In this document: positions 9,599-19,411 of the stretch, piece by piece
How the letters are laid out: each line of letters starts with the position of its first letter
Position numbering within the stretch: the first letter of the stretch is position 1
The notes under the pieces: generated by a model
Databases searched by the model: none
What the model saw: the letters and a program-made list of their open reading frames with translations, nothing else
What the model was told of the DNA's origin: nothing
Assembly (NCBI GenBank): GCA_049679965.1
Contig: JBAUGX010000111.1
Location: forward strand, 1-63,073
Origin: Vicinamibacterales bacterium
Lineage (GTDB): Bacteria > Acidobacteriota > Vicinamibacteria > Vicinamibacterales > CAVVIG01
Length of the DNA stretch: 63,073 nucleotides
Direction of reading: 5' to 3'
Program-made: the position numbers and the translations under genes

Positions 9599-10549
9599 TC
9601 AGGCGCGGGCGTAATGCGCGCGCGCCCACGCGACGGTCGCCGCGGCGGCGCGATCGGCATCTTCGGGCAACGCGCCGAAGCGCTGGCGGAAGTGCCGATC
9701 GTCGATGACGAAGGGCTCCTCCCACTGATACTGCATCTCGGGCATTTCGCGCAGTGGCGGGATGAACACGCCGAGCAGCGCACGCATCCAGCCGGGCACG
9801 ACCGTCAGCGCGATCGGCGCGCCAAACGGCCCCTCGAGGCGGTGCACGAGATCGCGAAGGGTTTCGGCCGGCCGGCACGGCAGCATCCACGGCCTGCCGA
9901 ACGCTTCGTCGGGCGCATGGCCGAGCGTCGCGAGCCCGGCGGCGACGTCCGGGATGTAGTGATAGGTATGAATGGCATCGGGATTCGCGATCACCTGCCC
10001 GCCGCTGCCCTTGAGGACGCGCGGCCAGAAGTAATCGCCGAGCTGTGTGAGCGTGCCGCCGGGTCCATAGAAGTCCGACGCGCGGCCGGCGGTGGCCCGG
10101 ATGTCGCCGCGCCGATGCGCGTCAGACAGCAGCTGCGCGGCCTTCGCGCGGATCTCGCCCTTGCGGCTGCAGGGATTCATGGGAGTATCAGCGCTCAGCG
10201 GCTTGCCGTTCGGTTTGCCGAGCATGTAGACGTTGTCGAGCACCACGAGGCGCGCGCCGGCGCGGGCTGACGCCTCGATCAGGTTCGTCATGTACCGCGG
10301 CACAACCTCGGCCCACACCTTCGCGCTGTACGGGGGGTTCATGCAGTGGTACACGGTGGCCGCGCCTGCGGCCGCCGCCGTGCAGAACGCCGGATCGGCG
10401 GCGTCACCCAGCATCGCCTCCGCGCCCGGCGGAATGCCGCCCGGCGACCGCTTCGCGACCCGCACTTCGTCGCCACGCTCGAGCAGGCGCTCGGCGAGGA
10501 GCGAACCTACCTGGCCGGCGCCAAAGACAACGTGACGTGCCATGCTCAT
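9599..10549 (-). CDS. NAD-dependent epimerase/dehydratase family protein
   Basis: The Rossmann motif is HVVFGAGQVGSLLAERLLERGDEVRV, and the protein has extended-SDR length. The start is taken at MSMARHV. Confidence 0.75.
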   Translation of the reverse strand: MSMARHVVFGAGQVGSLLAERLLERGDEVRVAKRSPGGIPPGAEAMLGDAADPAFCTAAAAGAATVYHCMNPPYSAKVWAEVVPRYMTNLIEASARAGARLVVLDNVYMLGKPNGKPLSADTPMNPCSRKGEIRAKAAQLLSDAHRRGDIRATAGRASDFYGPGGTLTQLGDYFWPRVLKGSGGQVIANPDAIHTYHYIPDVAAGLATLGHAPDEAFGRPWMLPCRPAETLRDLVHRLEGPFGAPIALTVVPGWMRALLGVFIPPLREMPEMQYQWEEPFVIDDRHFRQRFGALPEDADRAAAATVAWARAHYARA

Positions 10550-10736
10550 CGCCTTATGCCCTACTGCCTCAGTTCGGCTCACCGCCGGGCACCCGGGATC
10601 CTACACGCCTCGTCTTCGATCCAGAACGGCTGGATGCGCTTGCCGACGAACTGGTCCGCGAACGGCTCCTCGCTGTTGGCGAACGTCGCCGTTCGAGTGA
10701 CCCAGCCCGGTTCGTAGAAGCGCGCGACGTGTGGCG

Positions 10737-11063
10737 TCAGGTGGATTGGCCAAACCAGAAACGCGTCCAATCGCCCGCGCTGTCGCGAGCCGCGAGGGCA
10801 GTGTAAACCGCGGTCGCGAAGTGGCCGAGCACGAAGATGAGCAGCGCCCACACGAGCGTCCGCGGCCATGACCGTTCGCGGAAGGCGATCCATCCCGCGA
10901 TGAGCGCGCCGCCTGTATAGACGTCGATGATCGAGATGACGCCCCAGGGCATCGAGGTGATCGCGGCGCCCTCGGTCCAGAACGAGCCTGCGGTGAAGCC
11001 GTAGACGAGAGCGCATCCCATCGCCGCGGCACCAAGGAGGGCGAGGCCCCACGCCCATTGCAT
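10737..11063 (-). CDS. DUF1475-like small membrane protein
   Basis: This 108-aa protein is hydrophobic: MQWAWGLALLGAAAMGCALVYGF...WGVISIIDVYTGGALIAGWIAF. It is the last gene of the minus-strand lipid operon. Confidence 0.7.
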   Translation of the reverse strand: MQWAWGLALLGAAAMGCALVYGFTAGSFWTEGAAITSMPWGVISIIDVYTGGALIAGWIAFRERSWPRTLVWALLIFVLGHFATAVYTALAARDSAGDWTRFWFGQST

Positions 11064-11077
11064 GCTCGGATGCCCGG

Positions 11078-12139
11078 TCACTTCGCCTCCGTCGGCGCGA
11101 AGCGGTAGTGCGCGACGCCCCATTCCGTCCCATTGCTGTAGCCGAACAATTCCGCGCACGCCATCAGGAATACGCGCCAGCGTTCGACCGCGCGATTGGC
11201 GGACGCTTGTCCGGACGCCTGCGCCAGCACCGCGCGCATCTGGTCGCGGTGCGCGTCGAGGTTCCGCAGCCACGCCTCCGACGTCCGCTGGTAGTGTGTG
11301 CCGTCCCAGGTCCACCGCTCCTCGACCGTGAAGGGGCTCGGCACCATCGGCAGCATGTCGGCGCTCGGCATCAGGCCGCCGGAGAAGAAGTGCCGGCCCA
11401 TCCAGTTGTCCGCGCCCTCGGCCTCGAACGGATAGGCAAACGTGCGATGACAGAACACGTGCACGAAGAGACGGCCGTCCGGCTCGAGCCAGCGCCGCAC
11501 GTTGGCGAGGAGCGCCTGGTAGTTACGCATGTGCTCGAACATCTCGACCGAGACGATGCGATCGAAGCGGTCGCGGATGTCGAAGGTGTTCATGTCGGCG
11601 GTGATCACGGCGACATTGGAGAGGCGCCGTGCACGCGCCTGCGCTTCGATGAACGCGCGCTGACCGGTGGAATTCGACACCGCCGTGATGCGGCTGCGCG
11701 GGTACTGTTCGGCCAGCCAGAGCGTGAGCGATCCCCATCCGCACCCCAGTTCGAGGATGCGCATGCCGTCCTCGATCGTCGCGTGCGCGGCGCTCAGCCT
11801 CAATGCGGCTTCCTCGGCCGCTTCGAGCGTCCGCGCCCCGTCGCCCCACCAGCACGAGCTGTACTTGAGGCGCGGGCCGAGCATCAGCCGGAAGCATTCC
11901 GCCGGCACTTCGTAGTGCTGCTCGTTGGCCTTCGCCGGGACTGGCGCGATGTCCGCGTCGCGCAGCCGGTCGATGAAGCGTGCGACGGCGGCTGCCGGAT
12001 CGTCGCCCTCGATGGTCGCCGCCTGCTCGGCCAGCCGCTCGGCGCAGAGACGCCTGATACCCCAACGGACCAGCGCATCGGGAACCCAGCCCCTCTCCAC
12101 ACACTCGGTCGCCGTCGTCAGCATCACGTCGCGCGTCAT
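11078..12139 (-). CDS. cyclopropane-fatty-acyl-phospholipid-synthase-family SAM methyltransferase (paralogue 2)
   Basis: HYEVPAECFRLMLGPRLKYSSCWW, SAM motif I ILELGCGWGSLTLWLA and SVEMFEHM are present. The start forms an ATGA overlap with the upstream gene. Confidence 0.85.
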   Translation of the reverse strand: MTRDVMLTTATECVERGWVPDALVRWGIRRLCAERLAEQAATIEGDDPAAAVARFIDRLRDADIAPVPAKANEQHYEVPAECFRLMLGPRLKYSSCWWGDGARTLEAAEEAALRLSAAHATIEDGMRILELGCGWGSLTLWLAEQYPRSRITAVSNSTGQRAFIEAQARARRLSNVAVITADMNTFDIRDRFDRIVSVEMFEHMRNYQALLANVRRWLEPDGRLFVHVFCHRTFAYPFEAEGADNWMGRHFFSGGLMPSADMLPMVPSPFTVEERWTWDGTHYQRTSEAWLRNLDAHRDQMRAVLAQASGQASANRAVERWRVFLMACAELFGYSNGTEWGVAHYRFAPTEAK

Positions 12140-12924
12140 TGCGAACCCTCCTCTGTCGGTGGCCACGGGACAAACGCGCTCGTCGTGCGTTGATACTCGC
12201 GATAGGCTTCGCCCCGGCTTCGGAGGGCCTGCGCCTCGGTCGGCGGGATACCGGTGACCCTGGTGAGAAACAGCCACATCACCACGACGCCGGCCGCCGC
12301 GATCCACCACAACGGCGACCCGGCCGCGAGGCACACATAGGCCCACCAGTGCAGCCATTCGAAGAAGTAGTTCGGGTGCCTCGAGTACCGCCAGAGGCCG
12401 TCGCGGCATACGCGGGCTTTGTCGGCCGCCCTCGCCTTGAAGCGCGCGAGCTGCTGGTCGGCGATGGACTCGCCGCCGAGCGCCGCGAGCCAGATGAGGA
12501 CGCCGAGCGCATCGAGCCATCCGAACGGACGGGGATTGGCCGCGCCGGCGAGCATCGGCGCCGCGAACATCACGGCCCAGAGCGCCTGCACCTGGAAGAA
12601 GACGAACAAGTTACGCTGCGCCTGCGCGCCCCACTCGCCACGCAGGTGCTGGTAGCGGCCGTCCTCGGGCTGCCGACCGACGCGCTTGAATAGGTAGGCA
12701 CCCAGACGCAGACCCCAGAGGCCGGCCATCACCGCGATCGCGACGCGACGCGCGACATCACCGCTTCCGACCCAGGCGAAGCCGACACCGAGCAGGCCCG
12801 TCGCAAACGCCCATGCCACGTCAACGATGCCGGCATTGCCTCGCCGCCGCTGCACGGCCCACAGCACCAGCATCAGCCCGGCGGCGAGCCCCCAGCCTGC
12901 GACGAGCGAGCTCACGATGTTCAC
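12136..12924 (-). CDS. DUF1295 (steroid-5-alpha-reductase/ICMT-like) membrane protein
   Basis: The C-terminal signature is GLWRYSRHPNYFFEWLHWWAY, and the protein is multi-TM. GTG 12924 forms a GTGA overlap with the upstream stop. Confidence 0.8.
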   Translation of the reverse strand: MNIVSSLVAGWGLAAGLMLVLWAVQRRRGNAGIVDVAWAFATGLLGVGFAWVGSGDVARRVAIAVMAGLWGLRLGAYLFKRVGRQPEDGRYQHLRGEWGAQAQRNLFVFFQVQALWAVMFAAPMLAGAANPRPFGWLDALGVLIWLAALGGESIADQQLARFKARAADKARVCRDGLWRYSRHPNYFFEWLHWWAYVCLAAGSPLWWIAAAGVVVMWLFLTRVTGIPPTEAQALRSRGEAYREYQRTTSAFVPWPPTEEGSQ

Positions 12925-13451
12925 AACATCACCTTCAGCTGCGGCCTCAGACGAAAGAGCATCGGCATGGCCAACGCCCATTCCACGCTGACAACGGCGA
13001 GCGCGATCGGGATCGACGGAGCGAGCGCGACCGCACCCAGACGCGCTCCTGCGAGGTACGCCAGCGGACCGCCAATCGCGCCCACGACGGCGGCGACAGC
13101 AGCCCGCGGCCCAAGCAATGCGGCGAGATCATCGAGCGACGGGGCGAGGTTGACCCATAACGCGACCATCCAGATCGGAGCGGGCCAGCCGGCCGCTGCC
13201 TGCGGCGGAAAGTCGAGGACTCCCGCGATCGCCAGGATGCCGTCGAGCACCGTGCCGACGAGCGCAGCCGTCGCGGCCAGCCACGCGAGCCGCCACCCGC
13301 GTGCCGGCGTGGCCGCATGGGCAACGAGCAACAGGGCGACGACGCAGGGTCCGAGCAGCGGATGTCCGGCGGCGGCGCCCAACACGCACGCGAACCATCC
13401 CACCTGCACGCCGACGAACCTCACGACCGGTCCTGCCAGGGGCTGAGCCAT
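12921..13451 (-). CDS. DUF2878-like membrane protein
   Basis: The protein is hydrophobic (VRFVGVQVGWFACVLGAAAGHPLLGP...). ATG 13451 lies 4 nt after the upstream stop. This family typically sits in this operon type. Confidence 0.65.
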   Translation of the reverse strand: MAQPLAGPVVRFVGVQVGWFACVLGAAAGHPLLGPCVVALLLVAHAATPARGWRLAWLAATAALVGTVLDGILAIAGVLDFPPQAAAGWPAPIWMVALWVNLAPSLDDLAALLGPRAAVAAVVGAIGGPLAYLAGARLGAVALAPSIPIALAVVSVEWALAMPMLFRLRPQLKVML

Positions 13452-13455
13452 CTGC

Positions 13456-14715
13456 TCACGCAACCAACAGGCTCGCATCGCCGACCTGGGCGTTCTGCGC
13501 AGAAGCCCATGCTCCACCGGCAACGCGCCGGCAGCCGGGCTTCTCCAGAATCACCTGCACGACGCCGGTGCATCGCTCGGCGAAGCCCGCCTCGCAGTAC
13601 GCGAGGTAGTACTCCCAGAGGCGGATGAAGCGCTCGTCGTAGCCCAGGCGCCGCACTTCGTCGGCGCGCGACATGAACTGTTCGCGCCACCGGCGCAGCG
13701 TCGTGGCATAGTGCGGCGCCAGATCCTCGAGGTGGGTCAGGCGCAGATCCGTCGCGCGCCCGAGCGAGGCCGTCATGGCGCCAATCGAGGGCAGGGCGCT
13801 GCCGTGGAACACGTAGCGCTGGATGAAATCCGCCGCGCCGAGATACGACCGGTAGCGGTAGTCCGGCATGACGATGCCCTGAAGGACGGCCACGCCGTCA
13901 GGCTTGAGCAGGCGGCTGCACGTGGCGAAGAACGTGTCGAAATGCTCGTGCCCGACGGCCTCGATCATCTCAATCGACACGAGCGCGTCGAAGGTGCCGG
14001 TCAGGTCGCGGTAGTCGGTCCGCAGGAGGGTCACGCGATCGCACAGGCCGGCGGCCGCGATGCGGCGAGCGGCCACTTCGTACTGCGCGTCAGAGATGGT
14101 GGTTGTGGTGACGCGGCATCCATAGTGAGTCGCCGCATGGAGCGCAAAGCTGCCCCAGCCGGTCCCGATCTCGATCACGTGCTGCTGCGGCGTCAGCGCA
14201 AGCTTGCGGCACACGCGATCGAGCTTCGCCACCGACGCTTCCCTCATCGTCATGTCGTCGCGTTCGAAGATGCCTGACGAGTACGTGAGCGTGTCGTCGA
14301 GAAAGAGCGCGAACAGATCGTTGCCGAGGTCGTAGTGATCATGGATATTGCGACGGCTGCCCCGTCGACTGTTGCGGCGTACCCGATGCCCGAGCGAGGC
14401 CAGCAGTCGGGCGATGCGGCTCGGCCCGCCCTCGAGGCGGTCGGCGACGCCCAGATTGCGGGCGAAGATGCGCAGCACGGCCGTTAGGTCGTCGGCCATC
14501 CACTCGCCGCGCAGATAGGATTCCGCGGCGCCGAGGCTGCCGCCGAGCGCCACGCGGGTCCACATCCGCGGCGACGTCACGGCGATGGTCGCCCGCGGAT
14601 CCGACGCCGGGTTTCCAAACGTCCAGGTGCGGCCGTCAGCCGCGACCGTGAGCGCGCCATGCTCGAGCCGTTCGAGCTGCCGCAGAATCGCTCCGCGAGT
14701 CCACTGTCCGGTCAT
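13456..14715 (-). CDS. cyclopropane-fatty-acyl-phospholipid synthase family methyltransferase (paralogue 1)
   Basis: [27 protein letters not shown] motif [27 protein letters not shown] and a C-terminal ...YLAYCEAGF are present. The start overlaps the DUF1365 stop. Confidence 0.9.
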   Translation of the reverse strand: MTGQWTRGAILRQLERLEHGALTVAADGRTWTFGNPASDPRATIAVTSPRMWTRVALGGSLGAAESYLRGEWMADDLTAVLRIFARNLGVADRLEGGPSRIARLLASLGHRVRRNSRRGSRRNIHDHYDLGNDLFALFLDDTLTYSSGIFERDDMTMREASVAKLDRVCRKLALTPQQHVIEIGTGWGSFALHAATHYGCRVTTTTISDAQYEVAARRIAAAGLCDRVTLLRTDYRDLTGTFDALVSIEMIEAVGHEHFDTFFATCSRLLKPDGVAVLQGIVMPDYRYRSYLGAADFIQRYVFHGSALPSIGAMTASLGRATDLRLTHLEDLAPHYATTLRRWREQFMSRADEVRRLGYDERFIRLWEYYLAYCEAGFAERCTGVVQVILEKPGCRRVAGGAWASAQNAQVGDASLLVA

Positions 14716-15476
14716 GTCGTTGCCTCTCGATGAGATGGTTCAGGATGGGTGTGGACCGGGCAGCGCTTCAGCCACAGCCGCAGCGCCTGCCAGTAGATGC
14801 CGACGATGACCTGAGCCGTCATCAGCGGATAGCGCATCAGCACGGCGGCGAGCGATGCGCCCGTGATCGGCCTGCGACGGAGCGACAGGGTCGCATCGAA
14901 GAACACCTGCTCTTCGCGCCGGCTCTGCATGTGCACGGCGAGGCGGTCGCCCGGTTCGACGAATCGCCAGTCGTACTCGACGTCCATCGGCATGAACGGC
15001 GACACGTGGAATGCCTTCTTCAGATCGAAGCGGCACATGCGCTCGCGGGGAGTGGAGGCGGTCGCGAGGACATAGCAGTGGCGCTCGCCCCAGGGCGTGC
15101 TGTTCACCTCGGCGACAATCGTCTCGACCGAGCCGGCCCCGTCCAGGCAGTAGAAGAAGCTGACCGGGTTGAAGCCGTAGCCGAAGTACCTCGGATGCGT
15201 GAGCAGGCGGATGGCGCCGGCCGGGCGCCGGCCCGTCTCGCGCTCGACCAGGTCGCGAATCGTGGTGTCGAGCGACACCGCCGGATCCCCGACGTGGTCG
15301 GCTCTCTTCCAGCGCGCCACGGCCGCGCGTCGCGTCGACCAGAGCCATCGACCGGCGAACACGCGCTCGACCTCCGCCAGGTCCAGGTAGAGCATGAACA
15401 GCGGATAGCGGAATTCGTGGACGCGCGGCGTCGCCCGCCGATGTCGTATCCAGCCGACGTACAGACAGCTCTCCAC
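14712..15476 (-). CDS. DUF1365 protein
   Basis: The protein begins [35 protein letters not shown] and continues ...[17 protein letters not shown]. Confidence 0.85.
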   Translation of the reverse strand: MESCLYVGWIRHRRATPRVHEFRYPLFMLYLDLAEVERVFAGRWLWSTRRAAVARWKRADHVGDPAVSLDTTIRDLVERETGRRPAGAIRLLTHPRYFGYGFNPVSFFYCLDGAGSVETIVAEVNSTPWGERHCYVLATASTPRERMCRFDLKKAFHVSPFMPMDVEYDWRFVEPGDRLAVHMQSRREEQVFFDATLSLRRRPITGASLAAVLMRYPLMTAQVIVGIYWQALRLWLKRCPVHTHPEPSHREATT

Positions 15477-15477
15477 C

Positions 15478-16716
15478 TCAGAGCTCCTCGCCGAAGGCGC
15501 GGCACACGGCCAGCGCGCTGTTCACGCCGTCTTCGTGAAACCCGTAGCCCCAGTACGCGCCGCAGTAGGACGTGCGGTTCGCCCGCACGAGGCTGGCATG
15601 GCGGCGCTGCGCCTCGTCGCGCGCGGTCGTGTACATCGGATGGTGGTAGGTGAATCGACGCAACACCTTGCTCGGATCGATGCTCGCGGTCGTGTTCAGC
15701 GAGACGCAGAACTGGTGCGGCGCGTCGAGGCCCTGCAGCGCGTTCATGTGATAGGTGACCATCGCGGCCGCCTGCCGATCGCGGGGGATGCGGTAGTTCC
15801 AGACCGCCCAGGCGCCGCGCGTCCGTGGCAGCACCGACGCATCCTCGTGCAGGACGACATCGTTGGCCTGGTACGGGAACGCCCTCAGCACGTAGGTTTC
15901 GTTTGGCGTCGGATCTTCGACCAGTCCCAGCGCCTGATCGCTGTGGCACCCGAGGACCACTTCATCGAAGGCATGGATACCCGCATCGGTCCGCACGTCG
16001 GCGTGGGTGGGCCACCGGCGAATCCCCCGGACCGGCGTGCTCACGAGAATGCGATGCGCGAACGAGGCGGTGAGGGCGTCCACGTACCGGCGGCTGCCGC
16101 CGCTGATCACCCGCCAGATCGGACGGCCCCACACACGGAGCATGCCGTGGTTGCCGAAGAAGTCCATGACGAATCGCATCGGAAACTGCAGGAACGCGTC
16201 GGGCGGACAGGACCAGACCGAGGCCCCCATCGGCACGAGGTAGTGGTCGCGGAACTCGGCGCCGTACTCGTGGGCGTCGAGAAACTGGCCGACGGTCGCT
16301 CCTGTGTGACGGTGCGCTTCGGCAGGGCCTCGCTCGTTGAAGCGGAGGATGTCGCGCACCATTCGATGGAACCCAGGGCTGAGGAGGTTGCTTCGCTGGG
16401 CGAAAAGCCCGTTGATGGACGTGCCGTTGTATTCAATCCCCGTCCGATCGCAGCTGACGCTGAAGCTCATCGTGGTCGTCTGCGAGGGGACGCCGAGCCG
16501 GTCGAGCAGCCGCACGAAATTCGGATACGTCCGGTCGTTGAACACGATGAATCCGGTGTCGACGTCCCAGGACCCGTCCTCAAGATCCACACGCACCGTG
16601 TTGGTGTGTCCGCCGACGTGGTCGCCCGCTTCGAACACTGTCACGTCATGACGGCGCGACAGCAGGTAGGCGGCCAGCAAACCCGAAATGCCGCCGCCGA
16701 CAATGCCGATCCTCAT
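15478..16716 (-). CDS. FAD-dependent oxidoreductase (amine-oxidase/phytoene-desaturase-like)
   Basis: The dinucleotide fold is [40 protein letters not shown] 16716 forms an ATGA overlap with the desaturase stop. Confidence 0.85.
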   Translation of the reverse strand: MRIGIVGGGISGLLAAYLLSRRHDVTVFEAGDHVGGHTNTVRVDLEDGSWDVDTGFIVFNDRTYPNFVRLLDRLGVPSQTTTMSFSVSCDRTGIEYNGTSINGLFAQRSNLLSPGFHRMVRDILRFNERGPAEAHRHTGATVGQFLDAHEYGAEFRDHYLVPMGASVWSCPPDAFLQFPMRFVMDFFGNHGMLRVWGRPIWRVISGGSRRYVDALTASFAHRILVSTPVRGIRRWPTHADVRTDAGIHAFDEVVLGCHSDQALGLVEDPTPNETYVLRAFPYQANDVVLHEDASVLPRTRGAWAVWNYRIPRDRQAAAMVTYHMNALQGLDAPHQFCVSLNTTASIDPSKVLRRFTYHHPMYTTARDEAQRRHASLVRANRTSYCGAYWGYGFHEDGVNSALAVCRAFGEEL

Positions 16717-17609
16717 CGCTGGACCCCGGCGGCCGACAGCACGCGCGGCGGCACGGGGCGCAAGCCGCCGATCAGCCCGGTCCACGACAGCATGACCAGT
16801 CCGTAGTAGGTCAGGTCGATCTCCCACCAGTAGAAGCCCTGGCGGGCGGAGGCCGGGAAGCGGTGATGGTTGTTGTGCCAGCCTTCGCCGAAGGTCAGCA
16901 GCGCCAGCCAGAGGTTGTTGCGACTGTCATCCTTGGTGGCGAATCGCCGGCGTCCGAAGCGGTGCGCGAGCGAGTTGATCGTATAGGTCGCGTGGTAGAC
17001 GGCGACGGTCGAAATCGCGAATCCCCAGACCACCATCTGTGCAGCGCTCGTCCCGAGCCCAGGCGCGCGCCGCTCGAGCACCGCGCCCGTGCCAGCCAGC
17101 GCCGCCAGCAGGAGCACGGGCACGACCCAATCGAACCGGTCGAGCGCGCGGAGCTCGGGATAGCGGAGCCAATCGCGGACGTATCGCTCCTTTGTCCGGA
17201 ATCCGGCGCCCGTCATGAACCATCCCATGTGGCTCCGCCACAAGCCATGCTGGCGGGGCGAATGCAGGTCTTGGGTCTCGTCGGCATGCCGGTGATGGTT
17301 GCGGTGATGCGCCGCCCACCAGATGGGGCCGCGCTGGACGGCCGCGCTGCCAGCCGCGGCCATCACGAACTGGAACGCGCGCGACGTCGTGAACGTCCGG
17401 TGGGAGAAATAGCGGTGGTAGAAGGCGGTGATGGCGAACAGCCGAGCCGCATAGAGCGCGAACGCCGTGCCTGCGGCGATCGGGCTGACGCCCGTCCACC
17501 ACGCCCCGAGGCACAGGGCATGGATGGCGACAAACGGCGCGCACCGCAGCCAATCGATGCGGTCGTCATCCCGCCGACGCGCGGCCACGCTGGTGTCGAG
17601 CCAGCTCAT
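16713..17609 (-). CDS. membrane fatty-acid (acyl-CoA/acyl-lipid) desaturase
   Basis: The three His boxes are HRYFSH, HRNHHRH and HNNHH. ATG 17609 shares one base with the upstream stop. The rest of track ORF 16713..18431 is an out-of-frame overlap of the next gene. Confidence 0.85.
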   Translation of the reverse strand: MSWLDTSVAARRRDDDRIDWLRCAPFVAIHALCLGAWWTGVSPIAAGTAFALYAARLFAITAFYHRYFSHRTFTTSRAFQFVMAAAGSAAVQRGPIWWAAHHRNHHRHADETQDLHSPRQHGLWRSHMGWFMTGAGFRTKERYVRDWLRYPELRALDRFDWVVPVLLLAALAGTGAVLERRAPGLGTSAAQMVVWGFAISTVAVYHATYTINSLAHRFGRRRFATKDDSRNNLWLALLTFGEGWHNNHHRFPASARQGFYWWEIDLTYYGLVMLSWTGLIGGLRPVPPRVLSAAGVQR

Positions 17610-19036
17610 CAGCACGGCAGCGTCTCCTCCGCCCCGAACCTGAGGCGAATCACATCGCTGCGGTATTGGAAGATGCCCCTGAGGGCTGATGCGATGAAGA
17701 GGCGATGCGCGATGCGGCCGAGCACCCCCAGCGGCGGCGCGTACCACACCCGATCTTCCATCACCGTTCGGGTCCCGTCGGCACGGAAGGTGTGCTCGTG
17801 TTTCCACACGCGGTAGGGACCTATCTCCTGCACATCCACGAAGCGCCGGCCCGGCTCCCAGGCCGTGATGCGGGTGCGCCACCTGACGGGCACCGGTCCG
17901 ATCCAGATTCGGTAGTCGATCGTCGTGCCAGCCGCGATCGACGGCGCCGCGCCCTGAATGGAGAACTTCATCGCGGCCGGTGTGAGCAGGCCGAGATTGG
18001 CGGCCGCCGAGAAGAATGCGAACGTGGCCTTGAGCGGCGCGTCGACGACAATCCTCGCCCGCAATTCGTATCGGGCATCGGCCGTTCCCTCCGGGGCCTT
18101 GGCCGTGGCAATCGTGGCCGCTCGATCGTCGACGAGATCCCGCAGCGCGGCGTCCAGCTCCGGGAAATCCCACGCGAACCTGTGCATCAGCAACTGGCGC
18201 GGCTGCACGCGCTGGCTCCCGAGAAGCACGGTGGCCGCCTGGCCGAACATGGCGCGAAGCGCCAGGGCCGGCACGGGCAAGAGGGCCGGCCGATGCAGGG
18301 CCCGGCCGAGCGTCTTGGCGAACACGCGGCTCGTGGCCTCTTCCGGCGCGGCTGCGTTGAGCGGGCCTCGATACCGCGCATCCGTCAGCGCCACGGCGAT
18401 GATGTTCACGAGGTCGTGGAGGTGGATCCATGGGAAGTACTGCCGGCCGAACCCGACGGGCCCGCCCGCGCCGAAGCGGAACGGCGGCAGCATCTGCGCC
18501 AGGGCGCCGCCGGCGCGGCCGAGCACCACACCGGTCCGAAGCACAACGACACGCACGCCCTGGTCTTCCGCCTTCAGGGCGGCTGATTCCCAGCGTTCAC
18601 ACAGATGCGACAGGAAGTCGTCGCCGCGTGCGGATGTCTCCGTCAGGACTTGGTCGGCCCGATCGCCGTACCAGCCAACCGCACTGCCGGACACCAGCAC
18701 TTTGGGTCCCTGTGGTCCGGCGGCGGCGATGGCGCGCACCAGGTCTTCGGTGACCCCGACACGGCTGCGTTCGAGCACCGCGCGCCGGGCTGCCGTCCAT
18801 CGGCCACCCAGAATCGGCTCGCCGGCCAGATTGACCACCGCGTCGCAGCCCGCGAGCGCCCTGGTCATGGCTTCCGCGCCGCCCTGCGCGGACACCAGGA
18901 CCACATCCGCGCCGAGCAGGCCGCGCGCACGAGGTTCGGAGCGAACCCAGGCGATCACCGAGTGGCCATCCCGCTGAAGCCGCGGAATCAAGGCACGGCC
19001 GATAAACCCCGTGGCGCCGGTGACGAACACGCGCAT
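17609..19036 (-). CDS. TIGR01777-type NAD-dependent epimerase (YfcH-like) fused to a C-terminal SRPBCC lipid-binding domain
   Basis: The N-terminus is MRVFVTGATGFIGRALIPRL. The C-terminal ~150 aa (RYELRARIVVDAPLKATFAFF...WKHEHTF...) look SRPBCC/polyketide-cyclase-like. GGAGG lies 7 nt before the ATG. Confidence 0.8.
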   Translation of the reverse strand: MRVFVTGATGFIGRALIPRLQRDGHSVIAWVRSEPRARGLLGADVVLVSAQGGAEAMTRALAGCDAVVNLAGEPILGGRWTAARRAVLERSRVGVTEDLVRAIAAAGPQGPKVLVSGSAVGWYGDRADQVLTETSARGDDFLSHLCERWESAALKAEDQGVRVVVLRTGVVLGRAGGALAQMLPPFRFGAGGPVGFGRQYFPWIHLHDLVNIIAVALTDARYRGPLNAAAPEEATSRVFAKTLGRALHRPALLPVPALALRAMFGQAATVLLGSQRVQPRQLLMHRFAWDFPELDAALRDLVDDRAATIATAKAPEGTADARYELRARIVVDAPLKATFAFFSAAANLGLLTPAAMKFSIQGAAPSIAAGTTIDYRIWIGPVPVRWRTRITAWEPGRRFVDVQEIGPYRVWKHEHTFRADGTRTVMEDRVWYAPPLGVLGRIAHRLFIASALRGIFQYRSDVIRLRFGAEETLPC

Positions 19037-19056
19037 GTGACTGCCTCCTAAATTTG

Positions 19057-19085
19057 AATATAAAGAAATAGATTTTTACTGTCAC
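19057..19085 (-). promoter_or_regulatory. sigma70-type promoter of the lipid-modification operon
   Basis: The minus strand reads GTGACA-(17 nt)-TATATT. This sits in the only strongly AT-rich patch of the region, about 20 nt upstream of ATG 19036, and implies a short leader containing the GGAGG. Confidence 0.5.
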
Positions 19086-19187
19086 GTACATTGGTGGCGG
19101 ACCGGCAAGTCGGTTGAACGTGAGGAACATTCGCGGTCAGTTATTTCCTGGTGGGAACAATGCGGGCGGGACATGACCGCGTCAGCC

Positions 19188-19236
19188 CGAGTGAGTCCGG
19201 TTTGCCAAACTGGGCTCACTCGCGTATAGTGAGTCT
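19188..19236 (+). promoter_or_regulatory. two overlapping, mutually exclusive inverted repeats upstream of groES
   Basis: The first repeat is CGAGTGAGTCCGGTTTG/CAAACTGGGCTCACTCG (19188-19222), 13-16 bp including two G:U-compatible positions. The second pairs 19212-19220 with 19228-19236 (9 bp, 7-nt loop). Both use the CTCACT segment at 19215-19220. Confidence 0.35.
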
Positions 19237-19411
19237 CGGATTGCTTCTTGAGCACTGCCGCCCGTTGCCGGACTTGATCCGGTTCAGAGCACAGCCCTCA
19301 CCAAGATCGTAGAAGTCCCGTAATCAGTTCGCCCGGCGATGCGTCCGTATTGGCCGCCTCGGCCGCGAAGGCATCCGTCCACTCGTTTACGACAGTTGGG
19401 AGTCGAACACC

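Noticed and set aside
10579-10740. An open frame with protein-like text (YEPGWVTRTATFANSEEPFADQFVGKRIQPFWIEDE) between DUF1475 and the epimerase gene.
   Set aside because: There is no ATG/GTG/TTG start in frame after the DUF1475 stop, and the stretch is only ~53 codons. It is either chance or an unprovable gene remnant.
19225-19236. An 11-nt match to the T7 promoter core (GACTCACTATA on the minus strand).
   Set aside because: It lacks the TAATAC upstream part and is fully explained as one arm of the inverted repeat. The match is most likely chance.
19100-19411. A CIRCE (HrcA) or HAIR (HspR) operator upstream of groES.
   Set aside because: No TTAGCACTC-N9-GAGTGCTAA or CTTGAGT-N7-ACTCAAG is present. 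The nearest string, TTGAGCACTG at ~19248, has no inverted partner.
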